DNA of 64,000 nucleotides from an uncultured Planctomycetaceae bacterium (lineage in GTDB: Bacteria; Planctomycetota; Planctomycetia; Planctomycetales; Planctomycetaceae). Within the stretch, counting starts at the first letter, position 1. Every line of letters begins with the position of its first letter. Where the stretch lies: contig CAWFAK010000017.1 in assembly GCA_963813715.1 (NCBI GenBank), positions 480,001 to 544,000 on the forward strand, written 5' to 3'. The notes under the pieces are model-generated. The model had not been told where the DNA came from and searched no databases. It saw only the letters and a program-made list of their open reading frames with translations. Position numbers and translations under genes: made by a program. Shown in pieces: positions 1 through 11,311 of the stretch.

Positions 1-1
1 G

Positions 2-883
2 ATGCGCGGGCGCGGAGGTATGCCCGTTAAACACCACCTGCAGCCCCAACAAGGTTGCCAGCACGAGGCCGAAGGCCCAGATCGTCCGCAGCGCCACCTG
101 CTTGCCGCCGGCGTGATCGGCGCGCAACAGCCAAACCAGAAAGCCGACCATCACCAGCCACACCAGCCCGCTGCCGACGACCAGCGGATCGGCAAAACCG
201 ATCGGACCTTGCGTGTGTCGCGACAGATAGACGAGGCGAATTCCCGTGAGCATCCCGAGCGTCAACAGCGGAAACGAAATCACCACCGACCACCAGTTGA
301 GCCGCGCGAGGGTCGCCAGGCTCGGCAGCGAAAGGGTGTTCGTCACCGTGCGGGGGTGTTTCAGCCGCCGGTGCTGCACGACGTACATGATGCTGAAGAG
401 AAACCCGACGATCACGCCGCCAATGCCGAACACCAAGAGCGACGCATGCAGCATGCCCCAGCCGCGGAGGGCCCGCTCTTCCGCACCGCGGCGCACTACG
501 TCGGTGGCTTGGGACATCGCGAGGCTGGTGGCGTCGCCCACCAGGTCGGAAGCGCCGATCAAGAGCAGCACGGCCGGCAGGAGAAAGAGACCCATCGGCA
601 CGTTGCGATTCACGAGCGTCAAGATGACCGACAACGTGAGATCGAACACGACGGCCAGCCACGCGAGCACCAAGAGCCAGTCGTGGCTGGAGCTCAAGAG
701 GGGCGGCAAGTCGGCCGTGTTACTGCGGCCGACGAGGTAGAACGTCTGCGCGATGAGCCCCGCGGCGATAAAACCCAAGCTCAGCCAGTGCAGCCAGTTG
801 CTTCGCCGCACCACGGCACTGCCCTCGAGCGCGATGGCGATGACATAGCTGGCGAAGAAGCAAAAAACGTGGACGTTGGCCAT
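2..883 (-). CDS. ccsA: Cytochrome c biogenesis/assembly membrane protein (CcsA/CcmC-like), runs off the left window edge
   Basis: Manual minus-strand translation from ATG at 883: MANVHVFCFFASYVIAIALE...WGMLHASLL...MYVVQHRRLK...LPSLATLARLNWWSVVISFPLLTLGMLTG. About 8 hydrophobic segments and no stop before the edge, hence absent from the ORF track. Confidence 0.75.
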   Translation of the reverse strand, partial: MANVHVFCFFASYVIAIALEGSAVVRRSNWLHWLSLGFIAAGLIAQTFYLVGRSNTADLPPLLSSSHDWLLVLAWLAVVFDLTLSVILTLVNRNVPMGLFLLPAVLLLIGASDLVGDATSLAMSQATDVVRRGAEERALRGWGMLHASLLVFGIGGVIVGFLFSIMYVVQHRRLKHPRTVTNTLSLPSLATLARLNWWSVVISFPLLTLGMLTGIRLVYLSRHTQGPIGFADPLVVGSGLVWLVMVGFLVWLLRADHAGGKQVALRTIWAFGLVLATLLGLQVVFNGHTSAPAH

Positions 884-936
884 TTACCGATTATAGACGG
901 CGGGCGGCAGCTATAAGCAGCGGAGCGGCGGCTCGT

Positions 937-2034
937 TCAGGGCTCCGCGTCGAGGCCGTAGTCCTGGATTTTCTTGTGGAGCGTGTTGCGGTTGATTCCC
1001 AGCCGGGCGGCCGCCTTGGTTTGAATGCCCTGGCATACGCTCAACACGTGCTGGATCAGCGTCTTCTCCGACAGCGACACGACATAGTCGTAGACGCCGG
1101 TGCCCGAAACGTCGGTATCCGTCATGCCCCGCGCGACCAACTCGCGACAGAGCGACTCGACGTCTTTGGGGCGTTCGCGACCGACGCGCACCGGAGCCAG
1201 CCCCCGTACCTGGGGCGGAAACAAATCCAACGTGAGCGCGTCGCCGGGCGACAGCACGATGGCCCGCTCGACGTAGTTTTGCAGCTCACGGACGTTGCCT
1301 GGCCACGAATAATCCCGCAGAGCGGCCAGGGATTCCTTGGGAATGATGGGCATGGGCCGGCGATTGGCGGCCGCATAGCTCGAGGCAAAAAACTCGACCA
1401 GCGGTGGGACATCCTCCCGCCGATCGATGAGGGGAGGAAGATAAATCGGCACCACGTTCAGCCGATAATACAAGTCCTCGCGGAAGCGGCCCGTCTCGAT
1501 CTCCTCCAGGAGGTCGCGGTTGGTGGCCGCTACGATTCGGCAATCGACCTGAATTGTGCGTGTGTCGCCGACCCGTTCGAACTCGTGTTCCTGCAAGACC
1601 CGCAACAGCTTTACTTGCAGCTTGTAGCTGACGGAGTTGATCTCATCGAGAAAAATTGTGCCGCCGTGCGCTGCCTCGAATCGCCCCGTGCGGTTTTCGT
1701 TGGCGCTCGTGAATGCGCCTTTGACGTGGCCAAAAAGTTCGCTTTCCAGGAGGCTCTCGCTCAACGCGCCGCAGTTCACTCGGACGAAAGGCCCGGTGGC
1801 CCGCGGGCTAAGGCGATGCAGGGCCCGCGCGACGAGTTCTTTTCCGGTTCCCGTTTCGCCGGTTAACAGCACCGTGGCATTGGTGGCGGCCACGCGGCGG
1901 GTCAGTTCGTAGACCTCGCGCATAACGGCACTATTGCCAATCATGCCCTCGAAGGATTGGGATTCGTCGGAGCCACTGGTCGCGGTCGAATCACCGGCCC
2001 GATTTGGTCCAGGTGCGGATGAAGATTGCAGCAT
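937..2034 (-). CDS. Sigma-54-dependent transcriptional activator (AAA+ plus Fis-type HTH) with no N-terminal sensory domain
   Basis: Walker [49 protein letters not shown]-terminal [12 protein letters not shown]. Confidence 0.93.
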   Translation of the reverse strand: MLQSSSAPGPNRAGDSTATSGSDESQSFEGMIGNSAVMREVYELTRRVAATNATVLLTGETGTGKELVARALHRLSPRATGPFVRVNCGALSESLLESELFGHVKGAFTSANENRTGRFEAAHGGTIFLDEINSVSYKLQVKLLRVLQEHEFERVGDTRTIQVDCRIVAATNRDLLEEIETGRFREDLYYRLNVVPIYLPPLIDRREDVPPLVEFFASSYAAANRRPMPIIPKESLAALRDYSWPGNVRELQNYVERAIVLSPGDALTLDLFPPQVRGLAPVRVGRERPKDVESLCRELVARGMTDTDVSGTGVYDYVVSLSEKTLIQHVLSVCQGIQTKAAARLGINRNTLHKKIQDYGLDAEP

Positions 2035-2258
2035 GCTGCCATTTTCGTGGGCGGAAGCACGTTTTGCAACGGTGGCTGGAGGGGTGTCGCGTGGTTCAAG
2101 CTCGCGCGGGCAGGTCGACGGCTGGAGTTGTGCTTAGGGAGGGAGCAGTCAGGCACCGGTAATGGGCAGGTTTCCACGTCTTAGACAAAACCGCCATCGA
2201 TCGAGGCGAGCGGAGATGGAGCCCGATTCGGCATACCAGCTGAAGCGGTCAGCCGGAT

Positions 2259-4603
2259 TTACGGGACGGCTGCAGCCGGAGCGGGGATCGCTTGCAATCG
2301 GGTGGCGACCCGCTTGGCGTTCGGCTGCAGGGTACCGACTGCGGCCGCCAGAGCTGTGGCCAACTCGGGGCTCGAGGCATCGTGCAGGGCGCCCTCGAGC
2401 TGGGCCACCTCGCTGCGAGACAAGAGCAGCCCGTAGCGCTGAATGTGCTCCGCCAAGTGACGGGCGGCGTCGATGCGGATCGCCGCGTCGAAGCGGTCGG
2501 TAAAGGCCAGCTGGGCGAAGTGCTTTTGAACTTCGCCGCGAGGAATGGCCGCCAGTGCCGTCATCGCGTTGGCGTACGTGGCCTTGTCGTTCGAGAGGGC
2601 CATCAGCGGATTCTCGGCACTGTCGAGCGGGAAAATGTCCGTGCGATTCGAGCGGGCAATTTCGGCGAGCCAGGCCGTCGCGTCGGCAATCCGCTGCTCG
2701 CGATTGGCAGGCGTCTGCGCCAAGGCCAGAGCACGCCGCAGGAACGGACCGACCTGCGAATCGACGGCCGCCTCGGTCGACGATTCGGCAAGGTAATCGA
2801 CCTGCGGATAGCGGGTCAGAATGCCCGCCACATGCTGCCGCTCCGATTCCGGACCGTAGATCACAATCGGGATTTGCGCCGTGCGAGCGTCGGCTCGCAG
2901 GTTCGAGACGGTTTGCGAAAGGGGCCAACGAATCACATTGACGTGTACGGCCATCAGCACGACGTTCGCGCGATCGGAGGCGATCTCGAACCCTTCTCGA
3001 CCTGTGAACGCGGTTACCGTTTCAAAACCAATCTGCGTGAACAATCCGGCCATTTCATTGGCCCGCTGGCGATTGGCATCGACGACGACAGCAAAGGGCG
3101 AATTCGTCCCCGAAATCGCGCGGGTCAGGATTTCGACAACGCGCTGCGAACCGCGAAACCGCCGGTCCGGATGCGCCTGCAATACGGCGACTGCGGCCGC
3201 GTACTGAACGTCGGGGTTCGGATCGTTGAGAGCGGCGAGCACCGGAGAACGAGGCTCCTGTGCGCCGTAAAGCTGGTGTCGCGTTCCGACGGCGGACAGT
3301 GCTCGCAAGGCGCCGACCGAGACGGCCGGGTTCCCCAGTTTGAGACCCAGCGTGAGGGCATCGGACAGCACTTCTGGGCCGACGATCAGGGCCGTGTCGT
3401 TCGGGCTGCCCGCGAGTTTCGCGCTTTCGCCCGGGGTTTCCGCACGCCAGGCAAAGTCGGCCGCGACCAGCAACGCCTGCGATTCGCGGTCCTCCGGAGA
3501 AAGAGCGAGCGCTTCCCGGGCAAACCGCAGAGCCGTGTAGACGTTCGCCGCGGCGGGAGGCAGCCGATTGTCGACGACGAGTTTTGAATCGTTGTTCCAG
3601 GTCCAGACGTCGGTCAAGCCGTCGGTGGTCGGCCAGGGAAGACGGTTCGCCAGCGCCTCGCGAGCCACTTTTCGCAGTTGGGCGGCGGCTCCGAACGACG
3701 GCGGTCCTTCTCCCCTCTCGGTCGGCAGGCCGAGAATCCGGGAGAGGGCCTGGCGAGCGGCGTAACGAATGCCGGACGGCTGATGTTCGTCGAACGCGGG
3801 AGCGAGCAGGTACGGGACGGCTTGTCGCGCACCGAGGTAACCCAAGGCTTGGATGCCGGCCGTGCGGACCGATTCGGTCGGCGACTCGAGCGCCCCGAGC
3901 AACACAGGGACGACCCGCTGACCCATGCGAACGATCGATTGCACGAGCACTTCGACGCTCTCGGTCCCCTGCGGAGCGGCGACGTGCTGCAACATCCGCG
4001 GCACGATGCTGGGGCCGATGTTGTTGAGGGTTTCGAGGGCTGTGTCTCGATCTTCGGGCGGACCGCTGAGGTTGTGGATCAGCGAGTCGAGATAAGCGGT
4101 GTCTTCGTTGCGTTTGCGGGTGGCCGCCGTGGTCAACGTCGCCACTTGCGCGCCGACAGGCTGCAGGTCCGGATTATGCGACAGGCGGAGGTAAAGCGCC
4201 GGGCCGTACTTGTCGCGGAGGGCCAGCAGCACATCGTCCGTCGGATTGGACTGGAGGAATTTCTGCAGGTACTGCTTGGCCAGCCGCGGGCGATAGAGCT
4301 GGTCGCAGATCACGGCCGCATTGAACAGTTCGGCTGGGGTCTTCGGCTCCGTCAATAGCGGCGATTCTTCGACGGGAGGGGCTGGCGTGGGCTGTGCGGC
4401 GCGGAGCAGCTGGCCCGGCCGGTGCCTTTGCGGGAGCGTTGTCGTCGGCGGAGCCGCGTCCTGATCCGCGGGAGCGGCCGCTTTGGCGCAGCCGCCTTGC
4501 CCGGTGGGCGCGCGCCTTTCTTTGCCGCGGGCTGCGCGAGCGCATAGCCTCCGGCAAACAGGGCCAGAATCAGGACCGAGGTCCGTATCCTCACAGGGGC
4601 CAT
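2259..4603 (-). CDS. Exported HEAT-repeat protein with a degenerate receiver-like domain (one frameshift near 4350-4480)
   Basis: HEAT repeats (VRTAGIQALGYLG, VQYAAAVAVL) and a receiver-like segment VVVDAN...RADARTAQIPIVIY. Signal peptide MAPVRIRTSVLILALFAGGYALAQ lies in the adjacent frame, starting at 4603. Confidence 0.7.
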
Positions 4604-5122
4604 TCGATGCTGGACTCCGAGACTCCGGCCCGACACGCCGGCCGGTGTCGATCTTGCCCCGGAAGCCACGCCCCCAGAGGGACGGTAACGACCGAGGAAC
4701 CGCCGACCCGCGCTTCCCCTATCCTAAAATGGTGTAACCATCGAAAACAACACATTTCACCCATTTTCACACGGGAAACCAACCTCGCGGACGATTTTGC
4801 CGGTGAGAATTCCCAAACAGCGGTGGGACTCTGCCTCATTTCGGGTGAATTTGGCTGCCTGATCCTGGTGGCGGGTGGGCTGCCGCCAGGGCGCAGTCTG
4901 CCCGCTCGTGCCCCGCGACGGCACGTATCGAATAGATCGGACCTGTCGCGTGCGCTCATTCAACCGCGGGCCGAATCAGACAGGCCAGCCCCCGCTTTCG
5001 TCGGCAAGTGCCCGGAGCTAGCGGATGCGTCGAGTTTGCCGACGGGCGCGAAGATGCGGCGCCTACATGCAAACGGGGCCTGCGGGGCGGCTGTCTTGCC
5101 CGAGGCGGCGACCGCGACGATC

Positions 5123-5964
5123 TCAGTTCCGTCGCGCGAACGCTGCCTGAAGCACCGTGCCGTCGAAAGCGTAGGGAATCCGGCCTTCCGCGGCGTAAAC
5201 GTAAAGCGCGCCGAGCAGGATCGTGTGCAGCGCGGCCGAGACGATGGCCAGACCAATCTCGAGAACAGCCGTGATGGCAATGCCGATCGCAATCGCGACG
5301 CCGCTGCCAACGGCGAACCCCAGCGCGGCCGGAGCGCAGGCCACCACGGCCGCGATAAAGACGAAGAATCCAATCCCCTGGTTTCCGACGAAGGCTTCGC
5401 CCCAGGCCCGTCGCAGGATCGACATGGATCGCTGAACGGCCTCGAAGGGGCCGGCTCTTTCGATCACGATTACCGGCACGACGAAGAATGTGGCGATGCT
5501 CCAAGCTAGTCCCAATAACCCGGAGACGAAGGCTCCGACCTTCTCCGAACGGGACTCGAGCATCTTGAGCGCAACCCCCACGAACGCACTCACCAGGCTC
5601 CAGGCCAGGATTTGCGGCAAGCGAGAAACGGCGGCCTGAAACCCATCGCTCAGGGTCGGAGTGCCGCCCTTGAACCGGATGATCGCGCAGGACACCAGCG
5701 CGGAATTGAAAAAAATGATCACGAAGTAATTGCAGAAATAGAACAGCAACAGCACCGCGTACGCGATCGGATTGTGCGTCACTTGCTGGGCGTTCTCGTC
5801 AATCCGGTATGCGCCCGTGAAAAACAGGGGTAACGCGAAGCTGGCAACCACGATCATGCAGGCGATGCCGCTCACGACCGGGAATAAGAGCAGGCTCGTA
5901 TCTTCGCGCAGCACTGCGCGCTCGACTTCATCAAGTCCCAGCCATTGCTGATTTTCTCAAACAT
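5123..5964 (-). CDS. DUF6159-like membrane protein (frameshift near 5915)
   Basis: MFEKISNGWDLMKSSAQ / VLREDTSLLLFP...FFNSALVSCA...WSIATFFVVPVIVIE...RRAWGE; multiple TM helices. Confidence 0.7.
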
Positions 5965-6302
5965 CTGGAACTCCCCTGGCGGGCTTGAACTCAGCCGTCT
6001 CCGTCGACCCGGGCGCCGCGCGGATTTTGGCGATCGGCCGCAATTCTCCGCGCGAGCGAAAACTCTGCGACGGGGTGGGACCGCGTCCGATTCCGCTCGG
6101 TCTCACCGACGGCCAGGCGAGCGCCCGCCGAAACGCGAGTCTATCCAGCTTTTTCGCCGCTGCAAACGGGGGGCAACAGCGTTTTCTGGCGTCTGTCCTC
6201 AAGCCGTTCCCGGCGGGGCGACGAAATATCGGGTGCCCGGCCGTCGGCCGGCGCGTCTCCATTTTCCAGCGGGCAGTCACTGATCAAAGCCGCGGTGTTT
6301 GC

Positions 6303-6944
6303 ATGACTCGAGCGATTGGAGCAATGGCGGTTGTGTTGATCGTGGGCGGCCTGTCGCTCGCGTATCGCGATCTGCGGCCCTTGTCGGCCGTCTCGGGCCC
6401 GCATTCTGCGAACGATCCGGACAGCCTCAGCGATCCGCCGAACTGGAAAGTCGAATCAGCGGGGAGCAACAACGCCAGCCGAGTGAGATGGCGGACCAAC
6501 ACCGTCGCCAACTCGCCCCTGCCGACACGGTACGGCGTGCCGACTAACGGCGAGCCGCCCCTGTGGGTCCGCAGAACCGACAAAGTTCCCGCCTCCGCGC
6601 CGACTTACCTGCCGAAGAATCAGACGATCAACGCCCCGCACATCACGTTCCTGCCGACCCCGGCCAAGCCAGCCAATCCGGTGAATACGGTGAAGACTGC
6701 GAGGACGGTGAAGACCGAGCCGATGGTCGCCGTCACGGCCCACGCGAGCAACTCGCACGCGGCCCCGGCCGCCGACCACGTCGCCGACGAGGAACATCGC
6801 GTGTTGCTCAAGCATGCGAAGTTTCTGATCAACGCGGGTTTGGCCCCGATGGCGCAAGAGCCCCTGCGGCAGATCATCCGCGAAGCGCCCGGCACTCCCA
6901 TCGCCCGCGAAGCGCTCGCGACGCTCGACACCATTCGAAACTAG
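6303..6944 (+). CDS. Hypothetical membrane-anchored protein with Pro/Thr-rich linker and C-terminal TPR-like helix pair
   Basis: MTRAIGAMAVVLIVGGLSL N-terminal anchor; C-terminus LLKHAKFLINAGLAPMAQEPLRQIIREAPGTPIAREA. Confidence 0.55.
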   Translation: MTRAIGAMAVVLIVGGLSLAYRDLRPLSAVSGPHSANDPDSLSDPPNWKVESAGSNNASRVRWRTNTVANSPLPTRYGVPTNGEPPLWVRRTDKVPASAPTYLPKNQTINAPHITFLPTPAKPANPVNTVKTARTVKTEPMVAVTAHASNSHAAPAADHVADEEHRVLLKHAKFLINAGLAPMAQEPLRQIIREAPGTPIAREALATLDTIRN

Positions 6945-6970
6945 CAGTCGGCAAGCCGCGCTCAGCGATC

Positions 6971-8053
6971 CTAGGGGATCGACGCCGCCAACGGAGCCGT
7001 CTCGAACCGAAAATCGCAGCCGGGAATGCCGTCGATAAAATCGGCTCCAAACGCCCGCGACGGCGTCCGAAAACCGGGAGCGGGCGGCGCGTCGAAGATT
7101 CTCTCGATCGCGGCCAGCGCCGTATCGATGGTGAGCGCATAGCCGTTGGGGGTCGTCAGCGTGGCCTCAACGCGGTTGCCACGTGCGTCCTCCACGCAGC
7201 CCCACAATGACGACGTTTCGCGCGCCCGGCTTTCCGGGGTCGGCCCGTGCACGGACGCATTGATGCGGCGCATGATCAAGGAACGGATGGGCGGAAGGCC
7301 GAGCACGGGCAGCGCCCAGCGGACCTTGCGCATCAGGGAAATCTGTGACGGCGGAGTCGCTGCGTACACCTCGATATTGCCGATCCCCGTGGAATAGTAG
7401 GCACTGGCGACGTCCCCCCAGGGAATTGCCACCGCCATGCGGGCGCCCTCGCGGAAGGGAACGTTCAGCGTCTTGGAGGCGAGCGGGATCTGGGTGAGCC
7501 GGCCGTCGATCCTCACGCGGCCGCCGGTGGAAACCGATTCGAGCATCGTCTTGGCCGTCCCCGGGCTCACCGATCCCACCGCGTGAAACGCCAGCTTGAG
7601 CGATGTGGCAGCGGGCAATTTCGCCGCGAGCTTGGCGGCCAGGCAGTCGCTGGGCACGACGTCAAAGCCGACAGCGGGCAGCAAGGTCACCGAGGAGGCC
7701 TGCGCGCGTTGGTCGAGGGCGGCCGCAGCCTCGATGACATCGATTTCCCCGGTGATATCCAAATAATGCGCGTGCTCGGCCAGGCAGGCCTCCATCATCG
7801 GAGCGGCAGTGGACGAGAAGGGTCCGGCACAGTGGAGCACGAGCCGCGCGCCGCGGATCCCCTGCCGCAGCGTCGACGCATCGCTCAGGTCGAAAACGCG
7901 GTGCTCGAGCTTCAACCGTTGGGCCAATTCGGCAACCGACTGAGCGTTGCGGCCTGCGAGAATCGGTCGCAGCCCGCGACGGGCGGCCTCTTCGGCAATC
8001 GCGCGACCGGTGTAGCCGGTTGCTCCGTAAAGGATCCAACTCGGTTGAGACAT
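6971..8053 (-). CDS. Saccharopine dehydrogenase-like NAD(P)-binding oxidoreductase
   Basis: YGATGYTG Rossmann motif, HCAGPF, HYLDITGE, GFDVVPSD. Confidence 0.9.
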   Translation of the reverse strand: MSQPSWILYGATGYTGRAIAEEAARRGLRPILAGRNAQSVAELAQRLKLEHRVFDLSDASTLRQGIRGARLVLHCAGPFSSTAAPMMEACLAEHAHYLDITGEIDVIEAAAALDQRAQASSVTLLPAVGFDVVPSDCLAAKLAAKLPAATSLKLAFHAVGSVSPGTAKTMLESVSTGGRVRIDGRLTQIPLASKTLNVPFREGARMAVAIPWGDVASAYYSTGIGNIEVYAATPPSQISLMRKVRWALPVLGLPPIRSLIMRRINASVHGPTPESRARETSSLWGCVEDARGNRVEATLTTPNGYALTIDTALAAIERIFDAPPAPGFRTPSRAFGADFIDGIPGCDFRFETAPLAASIP

Positions 8054-8243
8054 GAGACTCTTTCAGGCAATGCGACCGGAATCGCTGAAACGTCAATGCC
8101 ATGCGCCCGTGGCCGGAATACGACTCCGCCCGCCAGCATATCCGGTCTGAGCAAGCTTCGCCCTGCCGCACGCTTGTCTTACAATCCGGAATTCGGGCTC
8201 CGATCTTTAGTCTCCTGTCCACAACACGGACTGCCTCCGCGCA

Positions 8244-9842
8244 ATGTCTGATTCTGCCGACGAAGCCCGCGTGATCGCCGCCGACATCGAGACGCTGCGT
8301 CAGATGGGCTACCGACAGGAGCTGCTGAGGCGGATGAGCGGCTTTTCGAATTACGCCGTCTCGCTGTCGATCATCTGCATTCTGGCCGGCGGAATCACCT
8401 CATTTCACCAAGGGCTCTGCAGCGTCGGCGGCGCTTCGATCGGGATCGGCTGGCCGCTGGCGTGCCTGCTGGCGCTCGCCTTCGCTGCCACGATGGGCCA
8501 GGTCGCTTCGGCCTTCCCCACGGCGGGCGGCCTCTACCACTGGGCGTCGATTCTGGGGGACCGCGGTTGGGGCTGGGTGACCGCTTGGTTCAATCTGGCC
8601 GGACTGATCACCGTGCTGGCCGCCGTGAACGTCGGCGCCTACCAGTTCACTCTGCAGGCGCTGGCTCCGTGGCTCGGATACGAACCGGAAAAATTTTCCG
8701 AGCCCGTGCAGATTGCGCTGCAGACTGCGTGCGTCGCCGCGATCACCCTGTCGCAGGCCATGTTCAATCACCTCGGGATTCGCCTGACGACGCGGCTCAC
8801 CGACTTCAGCGGTTATTGGATTGTGGTCGTGGCTGGTGCGCTGACGATCGCGCTCTTGGGCTTCGCATCGCATTTCGATCCCGCGCGACTGGAGTTTGCC
8901 CGCCTGATTACGTTTTCCAACTACAGCGGTTTGCCGGCAGAACCGGGGACGCCGGTCTGGCCGCAGACAGGAAATCTGCTCTGGCTGTTCGCGCTCGGGT
9001 TCCTGTTGCCGCTCTACACGATCACGGGGTTCGATGCCTCGGCCCACACGGCCGAAGAGACCGTCGGGGCCGCCCACCATGTGCCGCGGGCCATCGTTCG
9101 CTCCGTCATCGTGTCGGCCGTCTTCGGCTGGATCATGCTCGCCGCGATGGTGCTGGCAATTCCCAACATGAACGAGGCGGCCGCCCAGGGCGACAACGTC
9201 TTTCATTGGATGATGCGGAGCGTGCTGCCTTCGTGGCTCGTGCTCCTCTTTGTCGTGGGGATCGCCATCGCCCAGTACCTCTGCGGCCTGGCGACCGTCA
9301 CGTCGGCCTCGCGGATGACTTACGCGTTCGCCCGCGACGGCGGCCTGCCCTGGTCGCAGGCGCTGCGCCGCGTCAGCCCGCGGTACGGTTCGCCCGCCGT
9401 CGCCATCTGGATGACGGCATTTCTGGCCCTCGTCCTCACCGTTTACACGCCGATGTACTCCACCCTCGCCAGCGCCTGCGCGATCCTGCTCTACGTCTCG
9501 TACGCGCTGCCGACGCTATTGGGACTGTTGGCCTACGGGCGCTCCTGGACCGACATGGGACCCTGGAGCCTGGGCCGCTGGTATCAGCCGCTGGCAGTCG
9601 TCTGCTTGCTTGGCTGCGGGTTCTTGCTGTTGATCGGCATCCAGCCGCCGAACGAGAAGGCCGGCTGGATCGTGCTGGGCGCGTGCGTGGTCACGGGAAC
9701 TGTCTGGTTCAGCGTGATGCGGCACCGCTTTCAGGGGCCGCCCGCGAATTTGTTGGAGATGCACCGACGTGCGGCCGCGTCGAAGCCGGCTGAATCCGTT
9801 TCCTCGGAATCCGTTTCCTCGCTCACGCTACCCGGTGAGTGA
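8244..9842 (+). CDS. APC-superfamily amino acid/amine permease (amino acid/choline transporter ACT-like), probable ethanolamine-type importer
   Basis: GYRQELLRRMSGFSN, ASAFPTAGGLYHW, GFDASAHTAEET, SRMTYAFARDGGLP; about 12 TM helices; first gene before eutA and eutBC. Confidence 0.88.
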   Translation: MSDSADEARVIAADIETLRQMGYRQELLRRMSGFSNYAVSLSIICILAGGITSFHQGLCSVGGASIGIGWPLACLLALAFAATMGQVASAFPTAGGLYHWASILGDRGWGWVTAWFNLAGLITVLAAVNVGAYQFTLQALAPWLGYEPEKFSEPVQIALQTACVAAITLSQAMFNHLGIRLTTRLTDFSGYWIVVVAGALTIALLGFASHFDPARLEFARLITFSNYSGLPAEPGTPVWPQTGNLLWLFALGFLLPLYTITGFDASAHTAEETVGAAHHVPRAIVRSVIVSAVFGWIMLAAMVLAIPNMNEAAAQGDNVFHWMMRSVLPSWLVLLFVVGIAIAQYLCGLATVTSASRMTYAFARDGGLPWSQALRRVSPRYGSPAVAIWMTAFLALVLTVYTPMYSTLASACAILLYVSYALPTLLGLLAYGRSWTDMGPWSLGRWYQPLAVVCLLGCGFLLLIGIQPPNEKAGWIVLGACVVTGTVWFSVMRHRFQGPPANLLEMHRRAAASKPAESVSSESVSSLTLPGE

Positions 9843-9875
9843 ATCGTTCGATTGAGCTACCCCTGAGGCTCAACT

Positions 9876-11279
9876 GTGACTGACGTCCGACTCGTAGGAC
9901 TCGACTTCGGCACGACGACCAGCCGCTGCGTCGCGGCGAAGGCTCGGCTCTCGCAAAATGTGATTTCCGGCCGGCACGAATTCTCGGACGTTCGCGAAGT
10001 CTTTCGTTCCCCGATCGAGCTCACTCCGTTTACGCCAGCCGGTCTTGACGAAGTCCGGCTCGAACAGCTTCTCGACGAGTGGCTGGCGGCCGCCGCCAGG
10101 GACGAACCGATCTTCAGCGGCGGAGCGCTGGTGACGGGGCTCGCCGCACAACAGCCCAATTCGGCGGCGCTCGTTGAGCTGGTCCGCTCGCGCGTGAGCG
10201 ATGTGCTCGTGGCGACGGCCGGCGATCCTTGCCTCGAAGCATGGCTGGCATTTCAGGCGAACGCCGGCCCGCTGTCCCGCGCAGCCCGATCGCTGGGTGA
10301 TCAATCTCGATATCGGCGGTGGCACGACAAATGTCGCGGTCGGCAAAGGCGGCGAAGTGTCTCGCACCGGCTCGCTGTTCGTCGGAGCCCGGCACGTCGA
10401 GTTCGTTCCCGGCACGTATTGCATCGTCCGCCTCTCGGACTACGCCCGCTCCCTGTTGCAAGAATTGGCAATCGCCGCGCGCCCAGGCGATTTCCTCAGC
10501 GAGCAAGACGTGCGCCGCATCCTCGACTGGCAAATCGCGTTGATCGACGCGGCCATAACGGGCGATCGCGCCGCCTTCGCAAGTCCGCTCGGCCGAATGC
10601 ACGAGCAGGTGGCTCTCGATCGGCTGGACGAGGTGCGGGAGCCAATCTTCTGTCTCTCCGGCGGCGTGGGTGAGTTGGTCTACGACATTCTGCAAGGGAG
10701 GCCGCTGCCGACGACAACTGCGTTCGGCGACCTGGGCATCGATCTCGCACAGCGGATCGCCAACTCTCCCAACTGGGCTGCGCGGCTCGGCGAGAGTCGA
10801 CAGCACGCCGGGCGCGCGACGGTCTATGGTCTGCTGCTCTACGCCACGCAGATTTCCGGCAGCACAGTCTATCTGCCCGATCCGGTCCTCTTGCCGCGCG
10901 CGACGTCCCCATCTTCGGCCGCGTCACTTCCAATTCGACAGCGGAACAAATCCGGGATATTTTGCAATTGGTCGCTCGGAGCGCGGCGGGCGGTTGTGTC
11001 GTCGTGTCCCTGGGAAGCGGCGATGCGTCTACGGTTCGCCTGCTGGGAGAGCGAATCGCGTCGGCAATTCGGACATCCAACATTCCGGGCTCGACTCTGT
11101 TGGTGCTCATCGTGCATGAGAACGTCGGCAAGGCGCTCGGCGGCTACGTCTCGCAATGGGGGGCAGTTCTCCTGCGGTTGATCGTGCTCGACGAGATCGA
11201 ACCACTCGACGCCCGCTTCGTGCAGATCGGCACCCTCCGCGACGGGGTCGTGCCGGTCTCGTTTTACGGGATGAATTGA
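9876..11279 (+). CDS. eutA: Ethanolamine ammonia-lyase reactivating factor EutA (two frameshifts, near 10280 and 10895)
   Basis: Joined frames give VGLDFGTTTS, GGALVTG, VATAGDP, NLDIGGGTTN, SGGVG, FGDLGIDLA, RATVYG...TQISGSTVY, GVVPVSF. Confidence 0.85.
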
Positions 11280-11311
11280 TTACAGGCTGAATTGAACGGA
11301 ATCGTCACTGC

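Noticed and set aside
2..916. 304-aa plus-strand ORF and other long antisense ORFs (for example 40002..41489, 22537..23931, 42621..43937)
   Set aside because: These are shadow frames of real genes on the opposite strand, common in high-GC DNA.
8054..8243. Cobalamin riboswitch or EutV ANTAR hairpins upstream of the eut-like operon
   Set aside because: No B12-box or paired ANTAR loop motifs were recognisable by eye.
9792..9821. 15-bp tandem repeat GAATCCGTTTCCTCG x2
   Set aside because: It is an in-frame duplication (ESVSS x2) in the disordered tail of the permease with no evident significance.
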